From NCBI GenBank assembly GCA_039715015.1, contig JBDLIE010000008.1, positions 20,660 to 84,659 on the forward strand: a stretch of DNA of 64,000 nt. The letters run 5' to 3'. Positions 1-9,153 of this stretch are shown here, in pieces. The notes under the pieces were generated by a model, which saw only the letters and a list, made by a program, of their open reading frames with translations, did no database searches and was not told the origin of the DNA. A program made the position numbers and the translations under genes. This DNA comes from Thermodesulfobacteriota bacterium (GTDB lineage: Bacteria; Desulfobacterota; Desulfobulbia; Desulfobulbales; SURF-16). Within the stretch, counting starts at the first letter, position 1; each line of letters opens with the position of its first letter.

Positions 1-771
1 CGGTTCAATTACCTTTTTCAGAATCAGCGTTGGTACATCAAGCCCCTGCCAGTGCCGGGGCGAGGTATAATTCTGGCGGGTCAGCAGTCCACCGTAGGTG
101 CTCCTTTTATGCCCGGTATTTATGAAATGGCAGTAACTGGCGGCCGCTTGGTGAAGGGAGAGGCCCTGCCTGTTCCTGAGAGTGCCAATGTCTTTAGCTT
201 TGCCTTGGCGGATCTTGATGGTGACGGGGCCACCGAAGTTATTACCATCAATGCTAATGATAAACTCAGGGTGCTCCTGCCTGGCGGCAAAATGCTTTGG
301 GAGAGCGATGATTTCTTTGGCGGCAGTCTGCGCTACGTGGGAGGTAAAAGTGGGCTCAAGCGGCGCTCTGGCCGCGATAAAAGTCCTGTGGGAGAGGAGG
401 TTGACGCCAGTCAGGATAAGACCTACATCCCAGCAAGGATCATCATCGCCGATATAAATAATGACAACCTGCCCGACGTGGTGGTGAACAAAAATCTCTC
501 CACTGCCTCGCGTGTATTGAAGAATATAAAGTCCTATCCCAGCGGTGAGGTGCACGGCCTGGTCTGGAGCGGTATCGGTCTTTCCGAGCTATGGCGCACC
601 AAGAAGATCGACGGCTATGTGGCCTCCTATGATTTCCGGAAGGCGGCCGGTTCAGATCAGGCGCTACTCTATGTCGGCCTTATCATGAACAGCGGCTGGA
701 TGAATATGCTGAGCGCCAAGGAATCCACCATCCTCATCTACCCCCTGGATATGGGAACTAAGGATAACTAG
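1..771 (+). CDS. FG-GAP/VCBS-like repeat protein, C-terminal part (5' end lies outside the window)
   Basis: The reading frame is open from position 1 with no stop before 771. Motifs DLDGDGATEV and DINNDNLPDVVV are typical of FG-GAP/VCBS beta-propeller repeats. Confidence 0.5.
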   Translation, partial: RFNYLFQNQRWYIKPLPVPGRGIILAGQQSTVGAPFMPGIYEMAVTGGRLVKGEALPVPESANVFSFALADLDGDGATEVITINANDKLRVLLPGGKMLWESDDFFGGSLRYVGGKSGLKRRSGRDKSPVGEEVDASQDKTYIPARIIIADINNDNLPDVVVNKNLSTASRVLKNIKSYPSGEVHGLVWSGIGLSELWRTKKIDGYVASYDFRKAAGSDQALLYVGLIMNSGWMNMLSAKESTILIYPLDMGTKDN

Positions 772-772
772 T

Positions 773-1443
773 TTAGGCCTTTCTTTGTTTCTTTTCTAAA
801 AGCCATTGCCAGAACCCGGCCATACCTTCACCGGTGCTGGCCGAGACTGGAAAAATCTTGATGCCCGGTTTAAGGCGTTCTACCTGCCGGCACCACTCAT
901 CCACATCGAAATTGACCTGGGGCAGTAGGTCAATTTTGTTGACAGGCAAGACGTCCGAGCTGAGGATGAGATTGGGGTATTTGACAGGCTTATCCTCTCC
1001 CTCAGGGCTGCTGACCACGGCAACCCAAATTTTCCCCCAGATCATAGACAGTTTGGCAGGCCATATTGTTGATATTTTCAATAATCAGCATCTCGACATC
1101 CGAAAGATCAAAGTCGTGCATGGCCCGATGGACCATGCGGACATCATGGTGGCAGGTGGTCCCGGTATTAATCTGCCCAGCGTTGAGGCCCGCCCCTGCC
1201 CGCCGTTTTCGGTGGTTATCAGTTGGCTGGCCGCCGCCAATCACGGCCCAATCTTTCCAGGAAGGAGGTCTTGCCGGAGGATTTTTTTTTGAGTGTAGCA
1301 AACAGCAATTGCCGGAGGGGATGAAAAAGGTTCACCTCTGAATAGGTGAGGCATTTTTTGTGGAATGTCTCTCGATCTGCAAGGATGTTTTGAGCCCCGC
1401 CCCTGCCCGTTAGGACTGACCAGGGAAAGAGGAGCAAAAACAT
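773..1443 (-). pseudogene. hypB: hydrogenase nickel-incorporation GTPase HypB, disrupted by two frameshifts
   Basis: HypB signatures are split over three minus-strand frames: the P-loop (SSGKTSFLERLGRDW), the QINTG..CHHDVRMV..IIENINNMACQTVYDLGE segment, and the AVVSSPEGEDKPVKYP..NKIDLLP..SASTGEGM segment. The frame changes sit in homopolymer runs, A9 on the minus strand at 1282-1290 and G5A4 around 1027-1038. Confidence 0.6.
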
Positions 1444-1459
1444 AAGAAGAAAGGCAAAA

Positions 1460-1489
1460 GGCCAATGGACAACTTGTCGTCCATTGGCC
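1460..1489. terminator. bidirectional rho-independent terminator hairpin downstream of glnK
   Basis: GGCCAATGGAC / GTCCATTGGCC stem with T-runs on both sides. Confidence 0.6.
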
Positions 1490-1517
1490 TTTTGCCTTTA
1501 AGAGAAATGGGGAAACC

Positions 1518-1910
<393 letters not shown>

Positions 1911-1928
1911 TCAAGCGGTAAATGTTGT

Positions 1929-3140
1929 TTATAGGGTGTAGCCGATCTCGCTGTGCTGGGTAAGGTCCAGGCCCTGGACCTCATCGTCATCGTCAACCCG
2001 TAGGCCGACCACCAGGTCAATAACCTTGAGGATGATGAAGCTGACCACCACAGAATAAATGATGGTGGCACCAGCGTCAACAGCTTGGGTGACCAGGAGC
2101 TTGGCGTTTCCATGGAAAAGACCGTCGGCACCACCGGCATTCACAGCCAAAGAGGCAAACAGTCCGGTGGCCAAGGCGCCCCAAAGGCCGCCGACACCAT
2201 GGACGCCGACAACGTCCAGGGCATCATCATAGCCCAGCTTGTTTTTGGCCAGGACGGCAAAATAACAGAGGGCGCCGCCAACAAGACCAATGATGATGGC
2301 GGAGAGGGGAGAAACAAAACCAGCTCCCGGGGTAATGGCAACCAGTCCGGCAACAGCACCGGAGGCGGCACCAAGCACAGTGGGCTTGCCCTGAAAGATC
2401 CACTCAGCAATCAGCCAGGAAAGAGCAGCGCAGCCGGCAGCAACCTGGGTGGTCATAAAGGCGTTAGCCGCAATGCCGTCGGCGGCAAGGGCACTGCCGG
2501 CATTAAAGCCGAACCAGCCAAACCAGAGAATGCCGGCACCAAGCAACGTCATGCCGAGATTATGGGGGTGGATGGCCTCTCTGCCCCAGCCTTTGCGTTT
2601 GCCGATAAGCAGGGCGGCAACCAGGGCGGCAGCACCGGAATTAATGTGGATAACCGTACCGCCGGCAAAATCAAGACCGCCGTGGCTGCTGATCCAGCCG
2701 CCGCCCCATACCCAGTGGCAGACAGGGAAATAGACAAAGGTGGTCCAGAAAATGGTGAAGAGCAGAAAGGCGGAAAATTTGATGCGCTCGGCAAAGGCGC
2801 CGGTGATCAGGGCCGGGGTGATGACGGCAAACATGAGTTGAAAGGCGCAGAAAACGAGATGAGGAATGGTGCTGCCCTCTGTGGGGTCAGCCCCGACTCC
2901 GCGCAGAAACAGAAAGTCAAGGCCGCCGATTAGACCATTGACATCGGTGCCAAAGGCCATGGTGTAGCCAAAGAGCACCCAGAGAATGGTGACTATGCCC
3001 AGGCATATAAAGCTCTGGAGCAGGGTGGAAAGGACGTTCTTTGAGCGGACCATGCCGCCGTAAAAAAGGGCGAGGCCTGGGGTCATGAGCATGACCATGG
3101 CCGTTGCTATCAGCATAAATGCGGTGTCGCCGGTGTTCAT
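1929..3140 (-). CDS. amtB: ammonium transporter Amt
   Basis: 403 aa polytopic membrane protein with Amt/MEP family motifs (FAGGTVIHINSGAAALV, DDALDVVGVHGVGG). Confidence 0.9.
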   Translation of the reverse strand: MNTGDTAFMLIATAMVMLMTPGLALFYGGMVRSKNVLSTLLQSFICLGIVTILWVLFGYTMAFGTDVNGLIGGLDFLFLRGVGADPTEGSTIPHLVFCAFQLMFAVITPALITGAFAERIKFSAFLLFTIFWTTFVYFPVCHWVWGGGWISSHGGLDFAGGTVIHINSGAAALVAALLIGKRKGWGREAIHPHNLGMTLLGAGILWFGWFGFNAGSALAADGIAANAFMTTQVAAGCAALSWLIAEWIFQGKPTVLGAASGAVAGLVAITPGAGFVSPLSAIIIGLVGGALCYFAVLAKNKLGYDDALDVVGVHGVGGLWGALATGLFASLAVNAGGADGLFHGNAKLLVTQAVDAGATIIYSVVVSFIILKVIDLVVGLRVDDDDEVQGLDLTQHSEIGYTL

Positions 3141-3226
3141 CGCTGGGTCTCCTTATTTTTCTGTTTTATTGACTAAGGGTGAAGAATTGCTGAAAAGGGA
3201 GCGTTGCTTGTCGGCAACACCTATAA

Positions 3227-3242
3227 GCAACCACCGTGCCAG
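3227..3242 (-). promoter_or_regulatory. sigma-54 (-24/-12) promoter for amtB-glnK
   Basis: The minus strand reads TGGCACGGTGGTTGCT, a perfect match to TGGCACG-N4-TTGCW, about 85 nt upstream of the amtB start. Palindromes at 3205-3220 (GTTGCttgtcgGCAAC) and 3252-3267 (CTTGCCtgctGGCAAG) lie upstream and are candidate enhancer sites. Confidence 0.6.
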
Positions 3243-3530
3243 GCTTGTTTTCTTGCCTGCTGGCAAGGTGTATGTCATTGATATTTGAGTTATTTCTGCG
3301 GATTGTTGCCGGCATGGCCTAACTTCTTGTTTTTTACGAAAATGTGTAATACCCCGAGGGGGTGTTCCAAATTTGTAAAAACAGAGGGCGGAGATGGAGA
3401 AGGATAGTTGTGTTTTGGAACAATGTGCGAAAACATTGACATGTTTAAGGCATGGTCAATATTATAATGATTAGCCCCTGTTGAAAGGGAAAGGTTTCTT
3501 GTGGTTTAATTCGTTGCGGTTATCTGTTTT

Positions 3531-4358
3531 ATGTTGAAAATATGTTGGTTTGTTGCCCTGTTGTTTCTCCCCCTGCCCCTTCACGCCCTTGGTGGAGATA
3601 ATGGTCAGGTTATAAAAATTTGCGGGAGCGGTGATAGCCAGGTTCTTTTGCGTAACCTGGGCCAGGCCTATGAAAAGCTGCATCCAGGGATTCGTGTCCA
3701 AGTTCCCGACTCTATTGGTTCCTCCGGTGGAGTGAAGGCCACTGCCGGCGGGCAATGCGATCTTGGCCGAACAGCTCGACCACTGAAGAAAAAAGAGAAA
3801 CGCTTTAATCTCATCTATAAGGTGTTTGCCCGGTCACCGGTGGTTTTTGTGGTAAGCGCCAATCTGGAATCGGTCCGCAATCTCACTTCCCAGCAGGTTG
3901 TGAGCATTTTTGCCGGTAAGATCAGGTCCTGGCAGGATATTGGCGGCCCCTCCGGGAAAATTTATGTCGCTAACCGGGAAAAGGGAGACTCTTCCCGTAC
4001 TATCATAGAAAAACACCTCATAGACTTTGCCCTCATTGAGAAACCTGTCGGCGCAACCATCTACAGTACGCCGGAGACCATGCATATAATCGCCACCCAT
4101 GACAACACCATCGCCTATGGTCCACTGGCGGCAGTGAAAACAGAGAAAGGAGTTCGGGTTTTAGCCTATGAGGGTGTCATTCCTGATATAGAAGCTCTAG
4201 GCGCAAAAGAATACCCGCTCTTTTCTGAATTTGGTCTTGTTTGGCGGCAGGATGTAAGCGCCCTTGCTCTCAATTTTGTCAAATTTCTTGACACACATGA
4301 AGCCCGTAAAATCATTTACGGCTATGGCGCTGCTCCCGTTGTCCCGGAGAAAATATGA
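3531..4358 (+). CDS. periplasmic substrate-binding protein, PstS/phosphate-binding (PBP_like_2) family
   Basis: Signal peptide, the GSGDS motif and the SIGSSGGVKA..G..DLG..RPL signature. Its stop overlaps the next gene start (ATGA at 4355-4358). Confidence 0.65.
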   Translation: MLKICWFVALLFLPLPLHALGGDNGQVIKICGSGDSQVLLRNLGQAYEKLHPGIRVQVPDSIGSSGGVKATAGGQCDLGRTARPLKKKEKRFNLIYKVFARSPVVFVVSANLESVRNLTSQQVVSIFAGKIRSWQDIGGPSGKIYVANREKGDSSRTIIEKHLIDFALIEKPVGATIYSTPETMHIIATHDNTIAYGPLAAVKTEKGVRVLAYEGVIPDIEALGAKEYPLFSEFGLVWRQDVSALALNFVKFLDTHEARKIIYGYGAAPVVPEKI

Positions 4359-6727
4359 TATTTAGGTCTATCAAGACTAGGCTTGTCTGGTCTCATCTCC
4401 TGGCAATACTCATTGTCAATGCCATATTAGGGGGGATGACGTACAGGTTTATGGCCGGCAAGCTCATTGCCGCAGAGCGGCATAACCTGGAGTTTATTGT
4501 CAACCATACCGCGGATATGCTCCGTAGTCTTATCTTGAAAAAGGGGAGATCTCTCCAGCAAGTTGCTAAGGGCAGAGAGTTTGTCGAATATCTGCAAACA
4601 TACCGAGAGCTCGCTCTGGCCCAATATCTAGCAGGTTTTAAAAAACAATTTCCACAGATAAGTTTTGTAAATAAAGATGGCGGCGAGGAGGTAAAGGTAA
4701 AAGATGGTGTTAAGAGTCAGGTTTTAGTGGCAGCCTATGATCAGCAGTTTGTCGACAGGACCCAGGCCAGCCCCAATGAGGTTGAATTTGTTTTTGACAG
4801 TGAATTACACAACCAAACCAACTCGTTACTTTATTTGGCCATCAGTAAATACAGCTATTTTGGTGACAGGTTTGAAGGTACGCTGTTGGCAGCGGTGCCC
4901 CACCAAGATCTCTTGCAGGAAATAGCCACTACCCATATTCATTCCGAGGGATATCTGGCGCTCTGGGGTGACGGCAAGAATGATATTTTTGTCCAGGATT
5001 CAGGCCATGGCCACAGCCATAACTCCGAGGGCATTATGCGAATGGCCTCTTACCACAAGGATGGCCGGCAATTTCTGAAAAAATCAGGGACAAAGGCCCA
5101 TATTACCAAGGAGACGATTCTCGGCGTTGAGTCCCTGGTTGCCTATGTGCCCCTGCCGGAGTTTCAGCTCAACTTACTGGCCACCCTTCCCCATGATAAG
5201 ATCACACTTATGTTGCGGCAATTACGCAATCGATCGTTACTTGTCTTTTTTGGGCTCTGTTTTGTGGCTGTTATTCTTTCCTATCTCCTGGCGCGGAGCA
5301 TTACCAGGCCCATAAGAAAATTAACAGAGGTAACCAGGGAAATTGCCGACGGTGGCATGGAGACTCAAGGTCTGGCCGCAATTAAACACAGAGCCGACGA
5401 GGTCGGCGTTCTGGTCAACTCCTTTGAGACAATGATCAACAGTCTGTGGAGCACCATGGTGTCGCGAGATTATATTGACAGTATTTTTGCAGCCATGGCA
5501 GAAAGCATTATCGTCATCTCGGAAAATGGGGGGATAAAGTATGTTAATGATTCGGCTTGTCAATTACTTGGCTATAGTGAGAAGGAACTGCTTGGTCTTT
5601 CCATCGGAGATATCCTGGCTGACGGACTGAAAATACCAGATTTTATAGGCCAGCTCCGCCAAAAACAAGAATGGCAGGAGGCTGGCTACCGTCATAAACA
5701 CGGGAGTGATGTGCCGGTCCTTTTTTCGTGTAGCTCCCTGGTCGGCAAGGAAGGTGGAAAGGAGACAGTCTGTGTCGCCTCGGATATCAGCAGCCTGCAA
5801 AAGGCGCGGGAAGCTCTTGAGCAAAATGAATATTACCTCAAGGCCTTAATGAAGTCGTTGCCCAGCGGTCTTCTGGTCATTGATGCTGAAAACAGGATGA
5901 TTATTGATGCCAACCCGACATCCTGTCTGATTTTTAAATGTTCTAGAGAGCAACTGATCGGCAAGATTTGTTTTGAGCTTATTGCTCCGGTGGGAGAGGT
6001 TGATGAGTGGCCGCCCATTGTGACACCGGAAAAGCCTATTATTAATATGGAAGCTGAATTAGTGGTGCCAAACGCGCCCCGGGTCCCTATTTCCATGTCG
6101 GTTCAGGCCATCAGGCTGCGTGACTCCTTAATCTATATAAACAGTTTTATTGATATCTCGGAGAGTAAAAAGACCCTGAAGGCACTGCAGGAGAGTGAGG
6201 AGAAGCTGCGATCCCTCTCCCTCACCGATGAGCTCACCGGGCTCCTTAATCGCCGTGGTTTTTTTACCATGGTTGAAAAACAGCTTGAGATTTATGCCCG
6301 CAGCAACAAGACTGCCTATATTCTTTATGCCGATATTGATGGCCTGAAAGATGTCAATGACACCCAGGGGCACAGTGTGGGAGACAAATTGCTTTGCAGT
6401 GCTGCGAAGGCCTTAGAAGGGGTCAGCCGTAAATCGGATATTGTCGGCCGTCTTGGCGGGGATGAATTTGGGGTGCTTCTTACTAACGCTGAAAATGAGG
6501 AGGCCATTTTAAGGCGGCTGGATGAAAAAGTGTCCCGCTTCAACAGCGAAGCCAGCCATCCCTTTGAGCTTTCGATCAGTGTCGGCATTGTCACCTGCAA
6601 CGAGTCCGATCAAGTTTCCCCTTGTCTTCTCGAAGGATTACTCTCCACGGCAGACGCCAAGATGTATGCCATCAAAAAAAGGCGTAAAGATAAAGACCAT
6701 CCTGCCCCAAAGCCTGATTTGCCTTAG
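4355..6727 (+). CDS. membrane sensor diguanylate cyclase (periplasmic domain-TM-HAMP-PAS-PAS-GGDEF)
   Basis: Two TM segments flank a periplasmic region of about 270 aa. HAMP and PAS segments follow, and the C-terminus carries GGDEF motifs (RGFF, GGDEFGVLL). Confidence 0.8.
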   Translation: MIFRSIKTRLVWSHLLAILIVNAILGGMTYRFMAGKLIAAERHNLEFIVNHTADMLRSLILKKGRSLQQVAKGREFVEYLQTYRELALAQYLAGFKKQFPQISFVNKDGGEEVKVKDGVKSQVLVAAYDQQFVDRTQASPNEVEFVFDSELHNQTNSLLYLAISKYSYFGDRFEGTLLAAVPHQDLLQEIATTHIHSEGYLALWGDGKNDIFVQDSGHGHSHNSEGIMRMASYHKDGRQFLKKSGTKAHITKETILGVESLVAYVPLPEFQLNLLATLPHDKITLMLRQLRNRSLLVFFGLCFVAVILSYLLARSITRPIRKLTEVTREIADGGMETQGLAAIKHRADEVGVLVNSFETMINSLWSTMVSRDYIDSIFAAMAESIIVISENGGIKYVNDSACQLLGYSEKELLGLSIGDILADGLKIPDFIGQLRQKQEWQEAGYRHKHGSDVPVLFSCSSLVGKEGGKETVCVASDISSLQKAREALEQNEYYLKALMKSLPSGLLVIDAENRMIIDANPTSCLIFKCSREQLIGKICFELIAPVGEVDEWPPIVTPEKPIINMEAELVVPNAPRVPISMSVQAIRLRDSLIYINSFIDISESKKTLKALQESEEKLRSLSLTDELTGLLNRRGFFTMVEKQLEIYARSNKTAYILYADIDGLKDVNDTQGHSVGDKLLCSAAKALEGVSRKSDIVGRLGGDEFGVLLTNAENEEAILRRLDEKVSRFNSEASHPFELSISVGIVTCNESDQVSPCLLEGLLSTADAKMYAIKKRRKDKDHPAPKPDLP

Positions 6728-6764
6728 TTGGCTTGAGAGAAAAGGATGCAGCCTGTCAACCATG

Positions 6765-8204
6765 TCAGAACAGCGAAAATCCGAAGCGTTCCTGGAGTTC
6801 ATATTGCCAGTATTTCAAGATGCTGGTGTCGGCAAATTGTTCATAGTCAACAGTGAAATGGCCGCCTTTATTCTCCCAAAGGCCATGGAAATAAGAGTGT
6901 ACCTCTCTGCTGACCGGGCTTTGGGTTGGGCAGACGATGCGCAGAGAGGTTTCTAGGTTGTAGTCGCAGATATTGCGGCGGGTGAGGTTGGCTGAGCCGC
7001 CAATGATGGAGGTGTTTTCACTGTCAGTGATCATGACGAGTTTGCTGTGAAATTGTTCGCCGTGGCTGTCGTACCAACGAATCTGCAGACGCTCTCCGCC
7101 TTTTCTTTTCAAAAGGGCTGCCACAGGCCGGTTCGGCACGCCTTTTTTCTGGTGGCCAAAGGCGTCACGATTGGCGTCGAGGATAAGGTTGATTGTAGCT
7201 CCACGCAGGGCTGCAGCCAGCAGGGCGGCAATAATCTGGTGGTCGGCGAGATAAAACATGGCCATCCAGATGGTCGCCCGGTCCTGACACTTTTGCAGAT
7301 CCTCAAGCAGTATCTTCTTGATTTTTCCTTCGGTTAGAAGCTGGACGTATTGATCGTTTTTTGAGGGTGAATCAACTTCCGGTGGTGTCACATTTATGTT
7401 GACTCCACTAAGGGCGGTAACCGCCTGTTCGCTTTTAATCAGGTGGCAAAGAAGGGGGCCGCTGACACAAAAGGCGATATTGCTGTTTGCAGCGCTGGCG
7501 TCGTGGCTGTTGTTGGCCGAGGTGATGAGCGCCTCCTTTTCGGTGATCAGGAGCTTGCGGTGATTGGCCTTGAAGTTAAAAAGTGTCAGCCAGCCACGCA
7601 GGGTAAAGGGAGGAGACTGGGGATAAAAGGGGGAAGGCAGCCAGCCTTTTCCTCCACTGCCAAAAGGCCTGCAAAGCAGGTTCCAGAAAGGGCTGTAGGC
7701 CAGATTTGAGTCGGGCAAGCGGTCGAGGTTGGTGAGCACCACACGAGCGCCGGCATCCTTAAGTTTTTGGAAATAGGGATTGGTGTACGAGCCATAACCG
7801 GTGTTGGCCGGATCGGAGATGATCCAGACATGTAATGAAGGTTTTAGGGCTTTGGCAGCAAGCAGGGCCTGGGTTATTTTTTTGCTATGCTGCGGAAAGA
7901 CTTCCTTGGCATTATGGAGATCATTATAGAGGAAGACATCGAGGATGATGAAGGACTCTGCCTCGCTGATCAGTCTCAGTACTTCCGGGAATATTTTTTG
8001 CTCGGAGTACAACTCCCCTTTTTTGAGGAAGGTGAGGTCGGAGAGAAAGAGGAGTTTGCCTGCTGGCAGAAGGGGGCTTGCAAAAGAAAGCCCTGTGGGC
8101 ATGGAGCGCCGGCAGCCCAGCAGGGTGGCGATGAACCAGCCAAAGAGAAAAACCGAAAGAATGGTGATGAAAAGCTCTACAACCGGAAGGGAAGAGAAGG
8201 TCAT
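6765..8204 (-). CDS. phospholipase D family protein (cardiolipin synthase-like, two HKD motifs)
   Basis: N-terminal TM helix. The HKD-like motifs are HRKLLITE.. and HSKLVMITDSENTSIIGGSANLTRRN. Confidence 0.7.
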   Translation of the reverse strand: MTFSSLPVVELFITILSVFLFGWFIATLLGCRRSMPTGLSFASPLLPAGKLLFLSDLTFLKKGELYSEQKIFPEVLRLISEAESFIILDVFLYNDLHNAKEVFPQHSKKITQALLAAKALKPSLHVWIISDPANTGYGSYTNPYFQKLKDAGARVVLTNLDRLPDSNLAYSPFWNLLCRPFGSGGKGWLPSPFYPQSPPFTLRGWLTLFNFKANHRKLLITEKEALITSANNSHDASAANSNIAFCVSGPLLCHLIKSEQAVTALSGVNINVTPPEVDSPSKNDQYVQLLTEGKIKKILLEDLQKCQDRATIWMAMFYLADHQIIAALLAAALRGATINLILDANRDAFGHQKKGVPNRPVAALLKRKGGERLQIRWYDSHGEQFHSKLVMITDSENTSIIGGSANLTRRNICDYNLETSLRIVCPTQSPVSREVHSYFHGLWENKGGHFTVDYEQFADTSILKYWQYELQERFGFSLF

Positions 8205-8369
8205 TGCCGGGCTACCATTTAGGCATGGTTGGCAGCGATAGAGGGCCCCAGCAGCTCCACCTCGGCGAGGGTAACGTTTTCATCGATAATACTCGATAGG
8301 GAATGACGCATAATCGCCCTCCTTGTAAGTTTTTCCGGTGCAGCCAGTCTTATGAACTTTCAGCCGCCA

Positions 8370-8549
8370 TTAAATCAGATACTCTTTAAGTTTCTCTAAA
8401 AGGGTGTCTGGAAGTTCTTCATTAAAGAGAAAGGCATGGGCCTCTTCGCCGGTGATTTTTTCTTTAACTTCGATAGGTAGACTGCGGAGCACAGCCATAC
8501 GTTCCGGATCTGGCTTCTTTTTTGTCTCAGATGGTTGTTTGTCTGCCAT
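8370..8549 (-). CDS. small hypothetical protein (59 aa), one of two or three tightly packed small ORFs upstream of the PLD gene
   Basis: ATG start, MADKQPSETKKKPDPERMAVLRSLPIEVKEKITGEEAHAFLFNEELPDTLLEKLKEYLI. A 30-aa ORF with an AAGGAGG RBS lies at about 8225-8320 and a TTG-initiated 72-aa ORF at 8555-8773. No homology is recognised. Confidence 0.2.
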   Translation of the reverse strand: MADKQPSETKKKPDPERMAVLRSLPIEVKEKITGEEAHAFLFNEELPDTLLEKLKEYLI

Positions 8550-9153
8550 AGGTTCTATTTCTCAAGTGTACAGGGATTTTTGCCGGCGAATTTAACAAGC
8601 CCTATGCTTATAAGAAGATCATACATCCTATCTTTTTGTTGGTTAAGCTCTTTTAGTTTTTCTTTAAATCTTGTGACCTCAACGGAATCGTCCAGGCCAC
8701 GGGTGGTGGCCGTTAGGAGAATAATAAATTCATCTTTAGACAAGTAAAAAGGAACAGAAGGATATAGCGGCAATAGAGAAAAATAGTGGCAACAACTTGC
8801 CCACGCTAATCCGCGATGAACCTAATTTAAGACCTGAACGAAAAGGGAGTCGTTATGGTCGAAGTGAAAGTAAAAACTTTTTTACAGAGATAAACACAAC
8901 AAGCCAGACAACAGGGGCGAGTATGAAGGTCCCCCAGGCAGGGAGAGGGAGACGGCTTGTTAGAAAACCAGCACAGCTAGCCAGAAGCAGGGCAAGGAGG
9001 GTAGGCATCGTTGTTCACTCTCGTTATTTTTTGGGGCTCTCAAGGTGGACACGGAGGAGACAATCATTTTATCAAAATGTCAAAGTATGTGCCGCCCAAA
9101 AGGAGCTGGTCCTCGTTTTTATGATTTAAAAGAGCAAAGTTGTTGTGTGGATG

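Noticed and set aside
2085-2933. 282-aa Gly-rich ORF on the plus strand inside amtB
   Set aside because: Antisense shadow ORF in a GC-rich membrane-protein gene. It is low complexity and has no start context.
8797-9129. Arg-rich 110-aa ORF in the spacer before the kinase gene
   Set aside because: Low-complexity basic sequence with no RBS. It is probably non-coding.
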